From the IMG/VR virus record IMGVR_UViG_3300037264_004923, positions 37,764 through 101,763 of that record: a DNA stretch of 64,000 bases; one strand, 5' to 3'. Of this stretch, positions 28,752 to 37,428 are shown piece by piece. The notes under the pieces are model-generated. The model had not been told where the DNA came from. It did no database searches and saw only the letters and a list, made by a program, of their open reading frames with translations. Position 1 is the first letter of the stretch. Each line of letters starts with the position of its first letter. Source of the DNA: a virus. Position numbers and translations under genes: made by a program.

Positions 28752-28962
28752 GGCGTCCTCCCGCGCACGCGCAGCAGCCAGAGCGTCTGATTCGGCAGCG
28801 GCTGACCGAGCGAATCCGAGCGCTGCTCGTGAGTCAGGTTCGCGGCCTCGATCGATAGCGTCAGATCCGCGGGAAACAGCGCAAGCCCTGGCACGCGGCG
28901 CGGCCGGAGGATCACGCCCGCGTCGACCTGGAGCGCGGCGTCCGAGAGCGTCGCACGGCCAA
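28748..28962 (-). pseudogene. 3' fragment of a TonB-dependent receptor (within the insert)
   Basis: LTLSIEAANLTHEQRSDSLGQPLPNQTLWLLRVRG resembles the TBDR C-terminal NL..G.P.P motif; stop overlaps the next ATG. Confidence 0.55.
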
Positions 28963-28985
28963 CCTCCATGTTTTTCTCCCATGTC

Positions 28986-29165
28986 TCAAATGTATTCTTC
29001 TCTATCGAACTCGTCTGCCTCGCAAGGACATTGCTCTTGTGCCTGTTCTGGAAAGGGGCAGCCCATACTACAGGTTCCATCGCAGTCGGGATGATGAACT
29101 GGAACGATTACAACATACCAACCCTCTCCTCTACAACGAGGGCATCTTGGATTTGGTCGAGACAT
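28986..29165 (-). CDS. Small Cys-rich hypothetical protein (59 aa, below the ORF-track cutoff)
   Basis: MSRPNPRCPRCRGEGW...CDGTCSMGCP...QCPC; ATG overlaps the upstream TAA. Confidence 0.65.
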   Translation of the reverse strand: MSRPNPRCPRCRGEGWYVVIVPVHHPDCDGTCSMGCPFPEQAQEQCPCEADEFDREEYI

Positions 29166-29434
29166 TACTTCTTCAAACCTCTGGCGCCCTTCTTTCCTTG
29201 GGAAAGATCATAAGGGCTTGGTCCTGGGTAGCGGCGGGTGTTTGGATAAGTGCGTGGTTTATATAGCGCCGAAATAATTTCTTCCTTGGTGGGAACATGA
29301 TTGATCTTCTTCAGTGCTTCCTTGGCTATGCGGTGGCAAGGTCCGGGCGGGGATAGATCTGCGCCCTGCCCATCTTCTCGCATGATGTCTTCCAAGGCTT
29401 TCAGTGCTACTTTTAACTTCTCTACGTCCGTCAT
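29165..29434 (-). CDS. Hypothetical protein
   Basis: 89-aa ORF, coupled operon position. Confidence 0.65.
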   Translation of the reverse strand: MTDVEKLKVALKALEDIMREDGQGADLSPPGPCHRIAKEALKKINHVPTKEEIISALYKPRTYPNTRRYPGPSPYDLSQGKKGARGLKK

Positions 29435-29435
29435 T

Positions 29436-29639
29436 TTACCACCTTTTAGCGGACTCTTTTATCTTCAGTCTATAGGAAATTGCGGGCTGGTTGATTTCTT
29501 CCACCGGCGCAAAAATTGCTCCGTCGGCATGAACAAGAGTTCCATCGAACCTCTTTACGAAACCAGAGCACATGGAGCAGTCTTGCCTGTAGCCCATACC
29601 ATCACAGGGCCCTTCGTGTCGGGTTTGTTCTGTATTCAT
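29436..29639 (-). CDS. Hypothetical protein (possibly leaderless)
   Basis: ATG 6 nt after the -10 box; CDG...CSMC. Confidence 0.55.
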   Translation of the reverse strand: MNTEQTRHEGPCDGMGYRQDCSMCSGFVKRFDGTLVHADGAIFAPVEEINQPAISYRLKIKESAKRW

Positions 29640-29645
29640 AACGTA

Positions 29646-29678
29646 ATAATACCTCATTCTCCCCTAATAGTCAAGAAT
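29646..29678 (-). promoter_or_regulatory. sigma70-type promoter (ATTC-TTGACT-17bp-TATTAT)
   Basis: -35 at 29674-29669, -10 at 29651-29646. Confidence 0.75.
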
Positions 29679-29687
29679 CAATCCCAG

Positions 29688-29891
29688 CTAATCCCGCCAG
29701 CATTCCAGTGCGCGTTGCTCGTCGATCGCTCGCTCGTATCCTGCCTCATAGCCCTGTCGATAAGCAGCCTCTTGCCGGGTCTCAAGGCGAGGGCTAAAGG
29801 AATGATCGGCAGGGAATCGATGGTTGTATGGGTTCTCGGTCTGAAAACACTTGGAGCAAATAGTCTGCGGCTTAACCTTTGGCGTTCTCAT
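29688..29891 (-). CDS. Hypothetical protein
   Basis: CSKC..H, AYRQGYEAGYE. Confidence 0.55.
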   Translation of the reverse strand: MRTPKVKPQTICSKCFQTENPYNHRFPADHSFSPRLETRQEAAYRQGYEAGYERAIDEQRALECWRD

Positions 29892-30186
29892 TACGCGCTT
29901 TCCTTCTTTCCTGAATACGAGATCTGACGGCAGCAATAGCACTTCGCATTTCTGCTTCTAACTGATCAGCCTCACCCTCGGCAGCAGAAAGTTCTTCCGC
30001 ACTGACTCGAAAAGATAATCGAGTCGGAGCACTTCTGTTTTCTTTGCATCGATCAAGTTGAATAGTTTCCTTCCAAAGCTGCTTAATTTCCTCGACCAAA
30101 GGTGCGCGGAAGGGCGGTTTGATCTCATAACCCGCGGGAAGAACTGATTTTGCAAGCCAAATTCTAAACTCATTGAACATTTTCAT
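29872..30186 (-). CDS. Hypothetical protein
   Basis: GGAGG RBS; helical C-terminus. Confidence 0.6.
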   Translation of the reverse strand: MKMFNEFRIWLAKSVLPAGYEIKPPFRAPLVEEIKQLWKETIQLDRCKENRSAPTRLSFRVSAEELSAAEGEADQLEAEMRSAIAAVRSRIQERRKARNENAKG

Positions 30187-30725
30187 ACCCTCCATTTGTA
30201 TCTAACGGCGTGAACGACATCGAAGCAGTCATCCAGCGCGTCGTGAGACACGGGTTTGCGCCCGATTAACTCGTTGATCTCTCCCTGAGTGGGAATGTGA
30301 TCAAACTCTTCAGTATACATGGAACCTGGATCTAATACCCGCCGCAAAAATCGGCGGAAAAAGAACCCATTTACAGAGTTGGTGAGAATAGGAAGATCGA
30401 AACCAGCTGCGTTCTTACCAGCCACGGTAATCTTGCCGTCCTTCTGTACGTCCCACAGGAACCGATCGAAGTCAAGCTTGGCCTTGACAATGGTAACCAC
30501 GTTATCTTTCTTGGCGGCCCGCTCTAACAACTTCTTGTTTAGATTCATAGCGTACTCTTCACCATAGGTGATTCTCGGCCACGCAATAACCGCATTGAAG
30601 GTAGATAGATCAGCAATAGGACTGCCGTCATCATAGACTGCGGAAAGCTGAAGCACGTGTACCTTTTCAATGTTTACACCAGTAGTCTCTACATCCAGAG
30701 CTAAATACGGGAATCGAAAAGACAT
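30183..30725 (-). CDS. DEDDh 3'-5' exonuclease
   Basis: LDVETTG, GKNAAGFDLP, HDALDD. Confidence 0.9.
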   Translation of the reverse strand: MSFRFPYLALDVETTGVNIEKVHVLQLSAVYDDGSPIADLSTFNAVIAWPRITYGEEYAMNLNKKLLERAAKKDNVVTIVKAKLDFDRFLWDVQKDGKITVAGKNAAGFDLPILTNSVNGFFFRRFLRRVLDPGSMYTEEFDHIPTQGEINELIGRKPVSHDALDDCFDVVHAVRYKWRV

Positions 30726-30726
30726 A

Positions 30727-31383
30727 CTACAATCCTTCTATTTGAGCTAAAGTCATAGACGCAGCAGCAAATGGGCCACCGCAATCTGTCCGCCTCATGG
30801 TCACCAACTCGGTACCAGAATTTACGGGGCGGTAAGAAACAGAAAACTTTGAACCTAACATAGGAATGTCTGCTATCTTCGTCTGGAAAGTTCCAGGAAG
30901 ATGCGTAGTGTGATTGCTTGATTGTGTTACGCACAGGTCAAAAAGAGCACCGCTGTGAGTGACCGTAAAAGGTTGAGAGATCAGGAAGTCATCGTTCAGC
31001 TGCGGATTAGTTGCCAATCCTCCCAGTCCCCGAGTCAAAGTTCCGGTAACGCCCTGAAGGCACACGGAGTATCCATTAGAAGTACCGACAGGAGCATCAA
31101 AGTTTACCGTGATGGTTCCCGAAAGAGCCGTGGGTTCGTATAGACCAAAGATGAAACCATAAGGGAATGAATCGCCCCCCGCTCCTACCGTCTGGGAGAT
31201 CAACTGAAGGGGTTGTCCCGCGTAGTCTCCCCCAGAGATGTTGGGCCGCTCATCGTCTATGGCCCCCACGAACACCAGCATGGTTTCGTAGTCCAAGCCC
31301 TGAACTCCTGTATGATACCATTGAATAGCGGAAGAGTTAAAGACGGGGACACCGCTGGCGGCAAGATGAAGGCTAACGATCAT
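30727..31383 (-). CDS. Beta-rich putative virion/structural protein
   Basis: G/T/S-rich beta-sandwich-like sequence with 5 SG dipeptides. Confidence 0.55.
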   Translation of the reverse strand: MIVSLHLAASGVPVFNSSAIQWYHTGVQGLDYETMLVFVGAIDDERPNISGGDYAGQPLQLISQTVGAGGDSFPYGFIFGLYEPTALSGTITVNFDAPVGTSNGYSVCLQGVTGTLTRGLGGLATNPQLNDDFLISQPFTVTHSGALFDLCVTQSSNHTTHLPGTFQTKIADIPMLGSKFSVSYRPVNSGTELVTMRRTDCGGPFAAASMTLAQIEGL

Positions 31384-31385
31384 TG

Positions 31386-31637
31386 CTATCTGCGAGAATT
31401 ATACTGGTTCTGGCGCTGTTGATTTACCTTCTTCAGGTAGCGCTTACCTCGGGGAGCCAGGACGAAGTGCGACCACCCCGCCCCCTTAGTACTATCCACC
31501 CGGCTAATGCCGCCACGGCGCATGAGAGCGAGAAGATCCCACCAATCGAAATCGCGGCAGCTAATGCGTCGCTTCTTCTTGGCTAGGCGCAATATCTGCA
31601 TGTCGTAGCCAGTGAAGTTTGAATGAACTCCAGACAT
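31386..31637 (-). CDS. Small winged-helix-like basic protein
   Basis: LLALMRRGGI...FVLAPRGKRYL. Confidence 0.55.
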   Translation of the reverse strand: MSGVHSNFTGYDMQILRLAKKKRRISCRDFDWWDLLALMRRGGISRVDSTKGAGWSHFVLAPRGKRYLKKVNQQRQNQYNSRR

Positions 31638-31822
31638 TATTTCTCTTCCTTTGGTTCGATCACCAACAATCTGGGATCGCAAAAACAGTCCTCGCCACCA
31701 ACATGGTCCCCGGGTATGTCCCGGCAGATCACAATGACGGCGCTTCCCCCGCTCTCTATTACCATTTGTATGGCTTTTTGTATGGCTTCTTTACGAAATC
31801 CTTCTTTGAATCCTGTGTCCAT
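31637..31822 (-). CDS. Hypothetical protein
   Basis: H..GEDCFCDP; coupled starts and stops. Confidence 0.6.
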   Translation of the reverse strand: MDTGFKEGFRKEAIQKAIQMVIESGGSAVIVICRDIPGDHVGGEDCFCDPRLLVIEPKEEK

Positions 31823-32637
31823 TAGTAAATCTTATTCTGCTTGAACTTTTCTTCGGGGATAAACTCTCGCTCCAAAGAGTTCGCCACCTTCTCCAGATTC
31901 TTGCGAGCAAGGTCGTGGAAGCGAGGGTCTCTTTCGATACCCGCATACTCCCTTCGATTCTGGTAGGCTACTACGGCAGTCGTACCGCTTCCCATGAAAG
32001 GATCGAATACCAAGTCGCCTGGAACAGAATAAAGACGAACCAAGTTTCGCACCAGTTCCTCAGGGAACTTCGCAGGATGATCATCGTTAGCCTGGACAGA
32101 GCGGATCTTCCATACGGCGCTTACAAGCTTTCGCCATTCCGCCTTGGAAAGATAGTTCGTGATGGGACCAAGCCCTTCACGAGCAGGTGTGGTCTTATAG
32201 TACGTCCAGATGTATTCAAACGACGGCAGCTGTCTTACATAGGTGGCTGGAATTTTATCGTGATAGCTGACATGCTGGGAATTTACCCAGGGTTCATCTT
32301 TAGCCCAAATAGTTCGAGCCAGCAAAAAGCAATCTTCTTCGCGCATCCAATCTTGAATGTCGCGGGAGATACCAATGTATTCCTCCACTTTACCAGACAC
32401 TTTGGAAAAGGCGGCGATGTCTGCTATGTTGATACAGATTTTCCCGCCGGGTAAAGTTTTAGACGCCACATTCCGTAGAACGATACGAAGAAGATCTTTG
32501 TAATCCTGAAAAGAATAGTCTGACTCGTAGTCCTTCTCGCAATAATACGGCGGAGAGGTTATGGTCAGAGCTATACCTTCGGGATAATTCTTGATGTCTC
32601 GGGAATCCCCTAATACGATCCGATTTGTTTCGGACAC
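31822..32637 (-). CDS. Site-specific DNA methyltransferase (N4-C/N6-A, beta group)
   Basis: TSPPY, HPAKFP, DPFMGSGTT. Confidence 0.92.
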   Translation of the reverse strand: MSETNRIVLGDSRDIKNYPEGIALTITSPPYYCEKDYESDYSFQDYKDLLRIVLRNVASKTLPGGKICINIADIAAFSKVSGKVEEYIGISRDIQDWMREEDCFLLARTIWAKDEPWVNSQHVSYHDKIPATYVRQLPSFEYIWTYYKTTPAREGLGPITNYLSKAEWRKLVSAVWKIRSVQANDDHPAKFPEELVRNLVRLYSVPGDLVFDPFMGSGTTAVVAYQNRREYAGIERDPRFHDLARKNLEKVANSLEREFIPEEKFKQNKIY

Positions 32638-32657
32638 GATTTAGACCTCAAGGTTGG

Positions 32658-32936
32658 CTATTCGTTGCGATCGCAAGAAGTGGCGGTCGCCTCTTCTACC
32701 TGCTTACTCAGAGTGGAAGTCTGGCGGGAAAGCAAATCCACAGCCCACTGAAAGCGGCAAGCCAAGAAGAGAAGAGCGACGCGCTCTTGGGAAAAATCAT
32801 CATTCACAAACCACCCGTTGTGGGTAGCAACTTCTTTTGCGAAGTCTGGGTTAGCAAGAATATTGCCAACCACATCTAAAGTTCGCTCAATAGAGACACC
32901 ATTTGGCTGGGTCTCCACTTCAATTACATTATTCAT
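32658..32936 (-). CDS. Hypothetical protein
   Basis: GGAGG RBS before ATG 32936. Confidence 0.6.
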   Translation of the reverse strand: MNNVIEVETQPNGVSIERTLDVVGNILANPDFAKEVATHNGWFVNDDFSQERVALLFLACRFQWAVDLLSRQTSTLSKQVEEATATSCDRNE

Positions 32937-33028
32937 TTCTTCCTCCAAAACTCCGGCGTCGGGGATGACCTTCATCACCATACCGGTTGTTTCTTGGGAC
33001 GGGCTCCGCACGAGGCGGAGCACGTCGG

Positions 33029-33529
33029 TTAAACCAGTCCGAGTCGCGCTGCTACCCGTCGAGTCTGAGTGTATCGAGTGTATCGCTCACCAGTCTCGTC
33101 TTCCCAACTCTGGAGAGGCTGCTCAGTGGCGTAGCGTCTCTGGAAACGAAGGGCTTCTGGAGTGCGGCCAAGAGCGCCTGCCAAGATGAGATTAGTATCC
33201 GGAGTTGCCGGGGTGACCAGCACAGCGGCGATGTCAACATCCGACCAAGCGTTTCTGGAATTGCCAGGAACAACCTCAATCAGATTGGCATTGCCGAAGG
33301 CTTGCTTCTTTACTTCCTTGCGAAGTACCTCTGTATTGTAAGCATAGAACTCAGCTACGCTTCGAACTAGGCGGGTGGTCTTAGGGTTGCGGGAAGCAGA
33401 CACGCTGCGGAACTCCCGCAATGCGTTATCGAACTCAGCCACCTGAAGGAAAGCAATTCCCTTGCGGATGGTGCGAACACCCCGGGCTACCGTAGCCTGA
33501 GAAGTCCTGTTAAAACTAAAAATACTCAT
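33029..33529 (-). CDS. Hypothetical protein with C-terminal HTH/Myb-like motif
   Basis: NAWSDVD...LAGALGRTPEAL. Confidence 0.6.
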   Translation of the reverse strand: MSIFSFNRTSQATVARGVRTIRKGIAFLQVAEFDNALREFRSVSASRNPKTTRLVRSVAEFYAYNTEVLRKEVKKQAFGNANLIEVVPGNSRNAWSDVDIAAVLVTPATPDTNLILAGALGRTPEALRFQRRYATEQPLQSWEDETGERYTRYTQTRRVAARLGLV

Positions 33530-34191
33530 TTCTCTTTCTCCTTTTTGACCCTAAAGTTGGGTCTTCCTTTTGTGAACTTTTCGGTCGTCCTCTTCATCTG
33601 CATCAAAGATTGTAGATAGCCTTCAACTACAGCTGGAAGATCTTTTATCTCACAGAAGCACATGGCCGGGTGCTCTGGATTGAAAACACGATAGAAGGTG
33701 TTGCATCCTGTTTCGTTCTGAAACTTGTTTCTTTCCGGCTCCTTGTCCAAATCGCCGGAGAAAATGTAGGACATGGGAATAACGACGGCGCGTGTAGTGT
33801 TATAGTTTACCTTGACAAACAGAGACATGGGGTGGGACACAAAGAACTTCTTTTTGCGGGACAGAACCGAGAAGCCCTTGACCCAGTTAGGCGGAAAGGG
33901 AAGATCAGATGTCCATTTTGCTTCCTCTGTATTCTCAATCTCAATCCCAAAATCCGAGTACCCCTTAGCGGTGGCGACGATGTCTATTCCATTTGGACCT
34001 TCTGGATGTAATAGCAACTTGTACTTCTGAAGGGCAGAGGCTCCGGCAAGAACCCGGAACACATCCTTCTCTGTTTTTGATGCCTCAGTATTATCTACCA
34101 TTACGCCTCCTTCGGCTGGCAAGAGGGGCAGAAATGAGTCGATCTTCCGGATACTTTTACCCGTTCTATAGAACTTTCGCACTCGACGCAT
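33526..34191 (-). CDS. Putative PD-(D/E)XK-like nuclease
   Basis: GIDIV...GIEIE. Confidence 0.45.
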   Translation of the reverse strand: MRRVRKFYRTGKSIRKIDSFLPLLPAEGGVMVDNTEASKTEKDVFRVLAGASALQKYKLLLHPEGPNGIDIVATAKGYSDFGIEIENTEEAKWTSDLPFPPNWVKGFSVLSRKKKFFVSHPMSLFVKVNYNTTRAVVIPMSYIFSGDLDKEPERNKFQNETGCNTFYRVFNPEHPAMCFCEIKDLPAVVEGYLQSLMQMKRTTEKFTKGRPNFRVKKEKEK

Positions 34192-34997
34192 TTCTTTCCA
34201 AACTTTCCATAAACCCGATGGTGCTCTTGATAAGAACCTTTGCTACCATCGGTAGCGGTGTAATCTGATACAGAAGATCCGCGATAATGAATACCCTCTT
34301 TGAGGACACTCTTTACAGCGAACCATAGTTTGGTCTGTTGCTCTTCGGTTAGAGAGGTTCCCAGAACACCTGGATGAACCTTGGCGACGAAGCAGGCTTC
34401 ATCTGTGTAGATGTTTCCTACCCCCGCCAAATTTGCTTGGTCAAGCAGTATTGCTTTTACACTTCTCTTGCGGCGAATGATTTTTTGGAACTCCGCCAAT
34501 GAAACTCCCAAGGCGTCGGGACCCAAGCCCCGTAGTCCAGGGATGTCTAACTCTTCGATGCTCTGAACATTCTCTGCTAACCAGATCTCGCCGAACAAGC
34601 GCACATCGTTGAAAGCCAGCTCCAAATCTTCTTCGCGGCCGCCTTCGTACAGATCGGAAAGCTCCAGCATGAAGTGCGTATGCTTATGGATGTTGTCGTC
34701 GCCGCTAAAGCGATCATCGAAACTTATCTGAGGAATAGGACGAAGAAGAAGACGACCAGTCATCCCCAAGTGAAAAACTATTACATTGCCATTGATCAGG
34801 GGAAGCAGAATGTACTTACCTTTTCGCAATACGGTGCTAATCTCTTGTCCAATCACACCTTCATAAAAGGCAAAGGGATCGTTGTTTAGGAGGTGCTTCT
34901 CTGCCTTCTGCCGAATAACCAAAGCGGTAATGGTTCGCCCAGAAATAGCCGGGCGTAGATCCCTAACAATTGTTTCGCACTCAGGAAGCTCAGGCAT
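34101..34997 (-). CDS. mutM: Formamidopyrimidine-DNA glycosylase
   Basis: MPELPE, RKGKY, HLGMTG, GVGNIY, C-terminal zinc finger. Confidence 0.95.
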   Translation of the reverse strand: MPELPECETIVRDLRPAISGRTITALVIRQKAEKHLLNNDPFAFYEGVIGQEISTVLRKGKYILLPLINGNVIVFHLGMTGRLLLRPIPQISFDDRFSGDDNIHKHTHFMLELSDLYEGGREEDLELAFNDVRLFGEIWLAENVQSIEELDIPGLRGLGPDALGVSLAEFQKIIRRKRSVKAILLDQANLAGVGNIYTDEACFVAKVHPGVLGTSLTEEQQTKLWFAVKSVLKEGIHYRGSSVSDYTATDGSKGSYQEHHRVYGKFGKKCVECESSIERVKVSGRSTHFCPSCQPKEA

Positions 34998-35464
34998 TAT
35001 TCCTCCTGTTCTTTTCGTGACAAGTAAAAGGCCGGGAGGTTCTTATTCGCGGAGATGTCCGCGTAGGAACCCCGAAAAATGTAAGCCGCAATACCAAGAC
35101 ATGTATTACCAGGCAGCGCCTTGATAACAGAACGAGCAGCACCAAACGAGGTAATAACGTCATCAACGATCAGATAGTTTCCAGATTGAAACTCTGGACC
35201 TCGTACCTTACCAGACTTATCCACTATAACCAAAGGCCTCTTGGAGGCAAATGCTGCAAGGAACCCCGGGATAATTCCACCAATAGCAGGGCTCGCAATG
35301 AAATTTACTCGTCGCATAATGTCATTAGGAACTTGCTGGAGAAGCTGCTCTATATACACAGCAGCCTCGGCAGGTTTAAGCAGATCAAAATCATAGAAAA
35401 TCTTGGACTGACGTTCGGAAGAAAGAACGAAATCGCCCTCGACACGACACTCTTCAAACATCAT
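34997..35464 (-). CDS. Type I phosphoribosyltransferase (orotate PRT-like)
   Basis: GDFVLSSERQS..YD, IVDDVITS. Confidence 0.82.
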   Translation of the reverse strand: MMFEECRVEGDFVLSSERQSKIFYDFDLLKPAEAAVYIEQLLQQVPNDIMRRVNFIASPAIGGIIPGFLAAFASKRPLVIVDKSGKVRGPEFQSGNYLIVDDVITSFGAARSVIKALPGNTCLGIAAYIFRGSYADISANKNLPAFYLSRKEQEE

Positions 35465-35470
35465 ATCCCC

Positions 35471-36433
35471 TCAGTAGTCCGTGGTCATCGTGTAATGATG
35501 ATTCAACCACTCGTGTGTGAAAAGTCCCGCGGGCATCTCCGCGCCGCGCGTAGCTGCACTCCAGAGAAGGAAGTCAGTGTTCAGGGAATTTACACTTTCG
35601 TCCACCAAAGATTTCAAGTTTTTGGTAATCATGTCCGCCCCGATTATAGAAGCGGCGCGAAGTTCTAATTCTTTCTGACTACCAGACGCCAAGAACTCCT
35701 TGCGATGAAGACGAGTCATAAGCTGAGAACGGGGCTCGATAACACCCAGCGCAATCAAAGTCTGAGGCACTCTATAGTCCGAAAAGATCGTTAGATCTGA
35801 TAGGCTTTCATCGTCAATAGGGCATTCTGTCCAGTCCTGGAAGCGCCCATAAGTCATACCTACAAACAGCTGGGAACGCTTGAAGAAAGGATCCCTCCAA
35901 CTTGGAAGCATAACCGGAAGGTATTGCGAAACAAAGTAAGCATTCCGCTTGTACTTCTGAAATAGTTTAGCAAAGGTAAAGTCCTGGTTCTTGTTTAGGA
36001 ACGCTCCAATCTCTCGCAGCGCGTTGGTGCGCTGCCTCACCATGGAGATGGGGCGTTCAGCGCGAAACAACTCACACAGCAGGTAATTCTCATCGACCTG
36101 GGAAAGAAAATAAGGGTCCTTGATCTCTTCCCAATGCTCCGTCAGACGAGCGCATATCAAGGAACAACCAGAAAGATCTCCATCCTGAAACTTCTTACCA
36201 TCCTCATCAAAATAACAGTAGTTAACCGCATTCAAGAAGAGATTGAAAAGACATACATTTTCGAAGTCATCCACCTGTGGATGAAAACGAGGATCGAAAT
36301 CCCAACGAGGAATGGAGATGTCATACTCCTTCAAAGCTTCGGCTACTTCTCGGGCACGCCCGGGGTTTAGACGGACGTACTGCGGGTTTGCCAGGATAAT
36401 GTCAGATAAGGCTCTCACTCTTGACATACTCAT
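35471..36433 (-). CDS. Queuosine salvage protein (QNG1/DUF2419-like N-glycosylase)
   Basis: NAVNYCY, FFKRSQL, LTIFSDYRVPQ, ELELRA, DFLLW, HH.T.TTDY; start placed at 36433. Confidence 0.85.
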   Translation of the reverse strand: MSMSRVRALSDIILANPQYVRLNPGRAREVAEALKEYDISIPRWDFDPRFHPQVDDFENVCLFNLFLNAVNYCYFDEDGKKFQDGDLSGCSLICARLTEHWEEIKDPYFLSQVDENYLLCELFRAERPISMVRQRTNALREIGAFLNKNQDFTFAKLFQKYKRNAYFVSQYLPVMLPSWRDPFFKRSQLFVGMTYGRFQDWTECPIDDESLSDLTIFSDYRVPQTLIALGVIEPRSQLMTRLHRKEFLASGSQKELELRAASIIGADMITKNLKSLVDESVNSLNTDFLLWSAATRGAEMPAGLFTHEWLNHHYTMTTDY

Positions 36434-37019
36434 AAACTCCCCGAAAAGTTTTGCGATGAATGTCAGAAGGACCATAAACCATGATCGCTTCTCTATGTTC
36501 TTCTGTGCCATAACCTTTGTGTCTCGCGAACCCATACATGGGCAAGATGTCGTCCAAGCTGACCATGTACTGATCTCTATGAACCTTCGCAACAATGGAG
36601 GCGGCAGCAATACATTTGTGGATGTTATCCCCGCCCACGACAGCTTGTTGCTTTACCCCTGGCAAATCCAGGTTGGGAATAGTTTGATTTCCATCTACCA
36701 GCACCAAAATCTCCTGCCCATCTACCATAAATTCCAAGCATAAACGACGGGCAGCTTCCCGCATGCACATCAGAGTTGCCTGAAAGATGTTCATCTCATC
36801 AATCTGATACGGATCCGCGCTTGCTAAAGTCCAAAAGCAGTTCTCACGAATAAGAGCGGATAGCTGTTCTCGCTTCTTGGCAGAGAGCTTCTTGCTATCC
36901 CGGATCTCAGCAACCCAAGGATAGTCTACGTCAGGAAGCATCACAGCGGCAACAACAACCGGTCCCGCTAAAGAACCTCTTCCGACTTCATCAACTCCGA
37001 TTGTAATCCGGTGCTTCAA
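36402..37019 (-). CDS. rnhB: Ribonuclease HII
   Basis: GVDEVGRG, DSKKL, DGN, AASIVAKV.RD, HKGYGT. Confidence 0.95.
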   Translation of the reverse strand: MKHRITIGVDEVGRGSLAGPVVVAAVMLPDVDYPWVAEIRDSKKLSAKKREQLSALIRENCFWTLASADPYQIDEMNIFQATLMCMREAARRLCLEFMVDGQEILVLVDGNQTIPNLDLPGVKQQAVVGGDNIHKCIAAASIVAKVHRDQYMVSLDDILPMYGFARHKGYGTEEHREAIMVYGPSDIHRKTFRGVYEYVKSESLI

Positions 37020-37428
37020 CGTTAGATCCTTGCTGTAAGTTGTTATCTACGGACACCTCAGGTCCACCACCAGTAAGGCCCTCACGCTCGTCGCCTCTCT
37101 GACTAAGAGAGGCGGCGTTCGCGGTAGTGCGAGGCATCTCGATAGTCTGTCTCTGCAACGGAGTTCCATCCTCATGAACCTTGATGATGCCAAGTTCAAC
37201 CATCTTGCGGATCAAACGCTGTGTACTCTTATCGATCTGTGGAATGTACCTCCCCTCAACAGGTTCTCGGTTTTTGTACTCACCCTTGAACTGGTAGATG
37301 GTACAAGTGCGATGCTTTTTGGGAGACACGCCAATGGTCTTGGAAGTACACATGTTCCCGGACAGAAGCGCACAATCAACGCAACGAACCTTGTTTTTTC
37401 CGCCGTTAAACTGGCTCATTTTCGTCAT
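36991..37428 (-). CDS. Cys-containing hypothetical protein
   Basis: CVDC...C...C; operon position. Confidence 0.6.
   Translation of the reverse strand: MTKMSQFNGGKNKVRCVDCALLSGNMCTSKTIGVSPKKHRTCTIYQFKGEYKNREPVEGRYIPQIDKSTQRLIRKMVELGIIKVHEDGTPLQRQTIEMPRTTANAASLSQRGDEREGLTGGGPEVSVDNNLQQGSNVEAPDYNRS

Larger units (their letters stand above)
26852..28962. other. 2111-bp high-GC bacterial DNA insert bounded by CCAA direct repeats
   Basis: Abrupt GC shift (two sampled 60-nt lines at 65% and 78% vs 35% in a line just left of it); CCAA at 26848-26851 and 28959-28962; truncated genes at both ends. Confidence 0.88.

Noticed and set aside
26852-28962. Insert as an IS element or a tmRNA-targeted island
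   Set aside because: There is no transposase, integrase, inverted repeat or duplicated tmRNA 3' end.
26859-29094. Long plus-strand ORFs in the GC-rich insert (359, 480 and 157 aa)
   Set aside because: These are Arg/Pro-rich shadow frames expected in high-GC DNA opposite a real gene.
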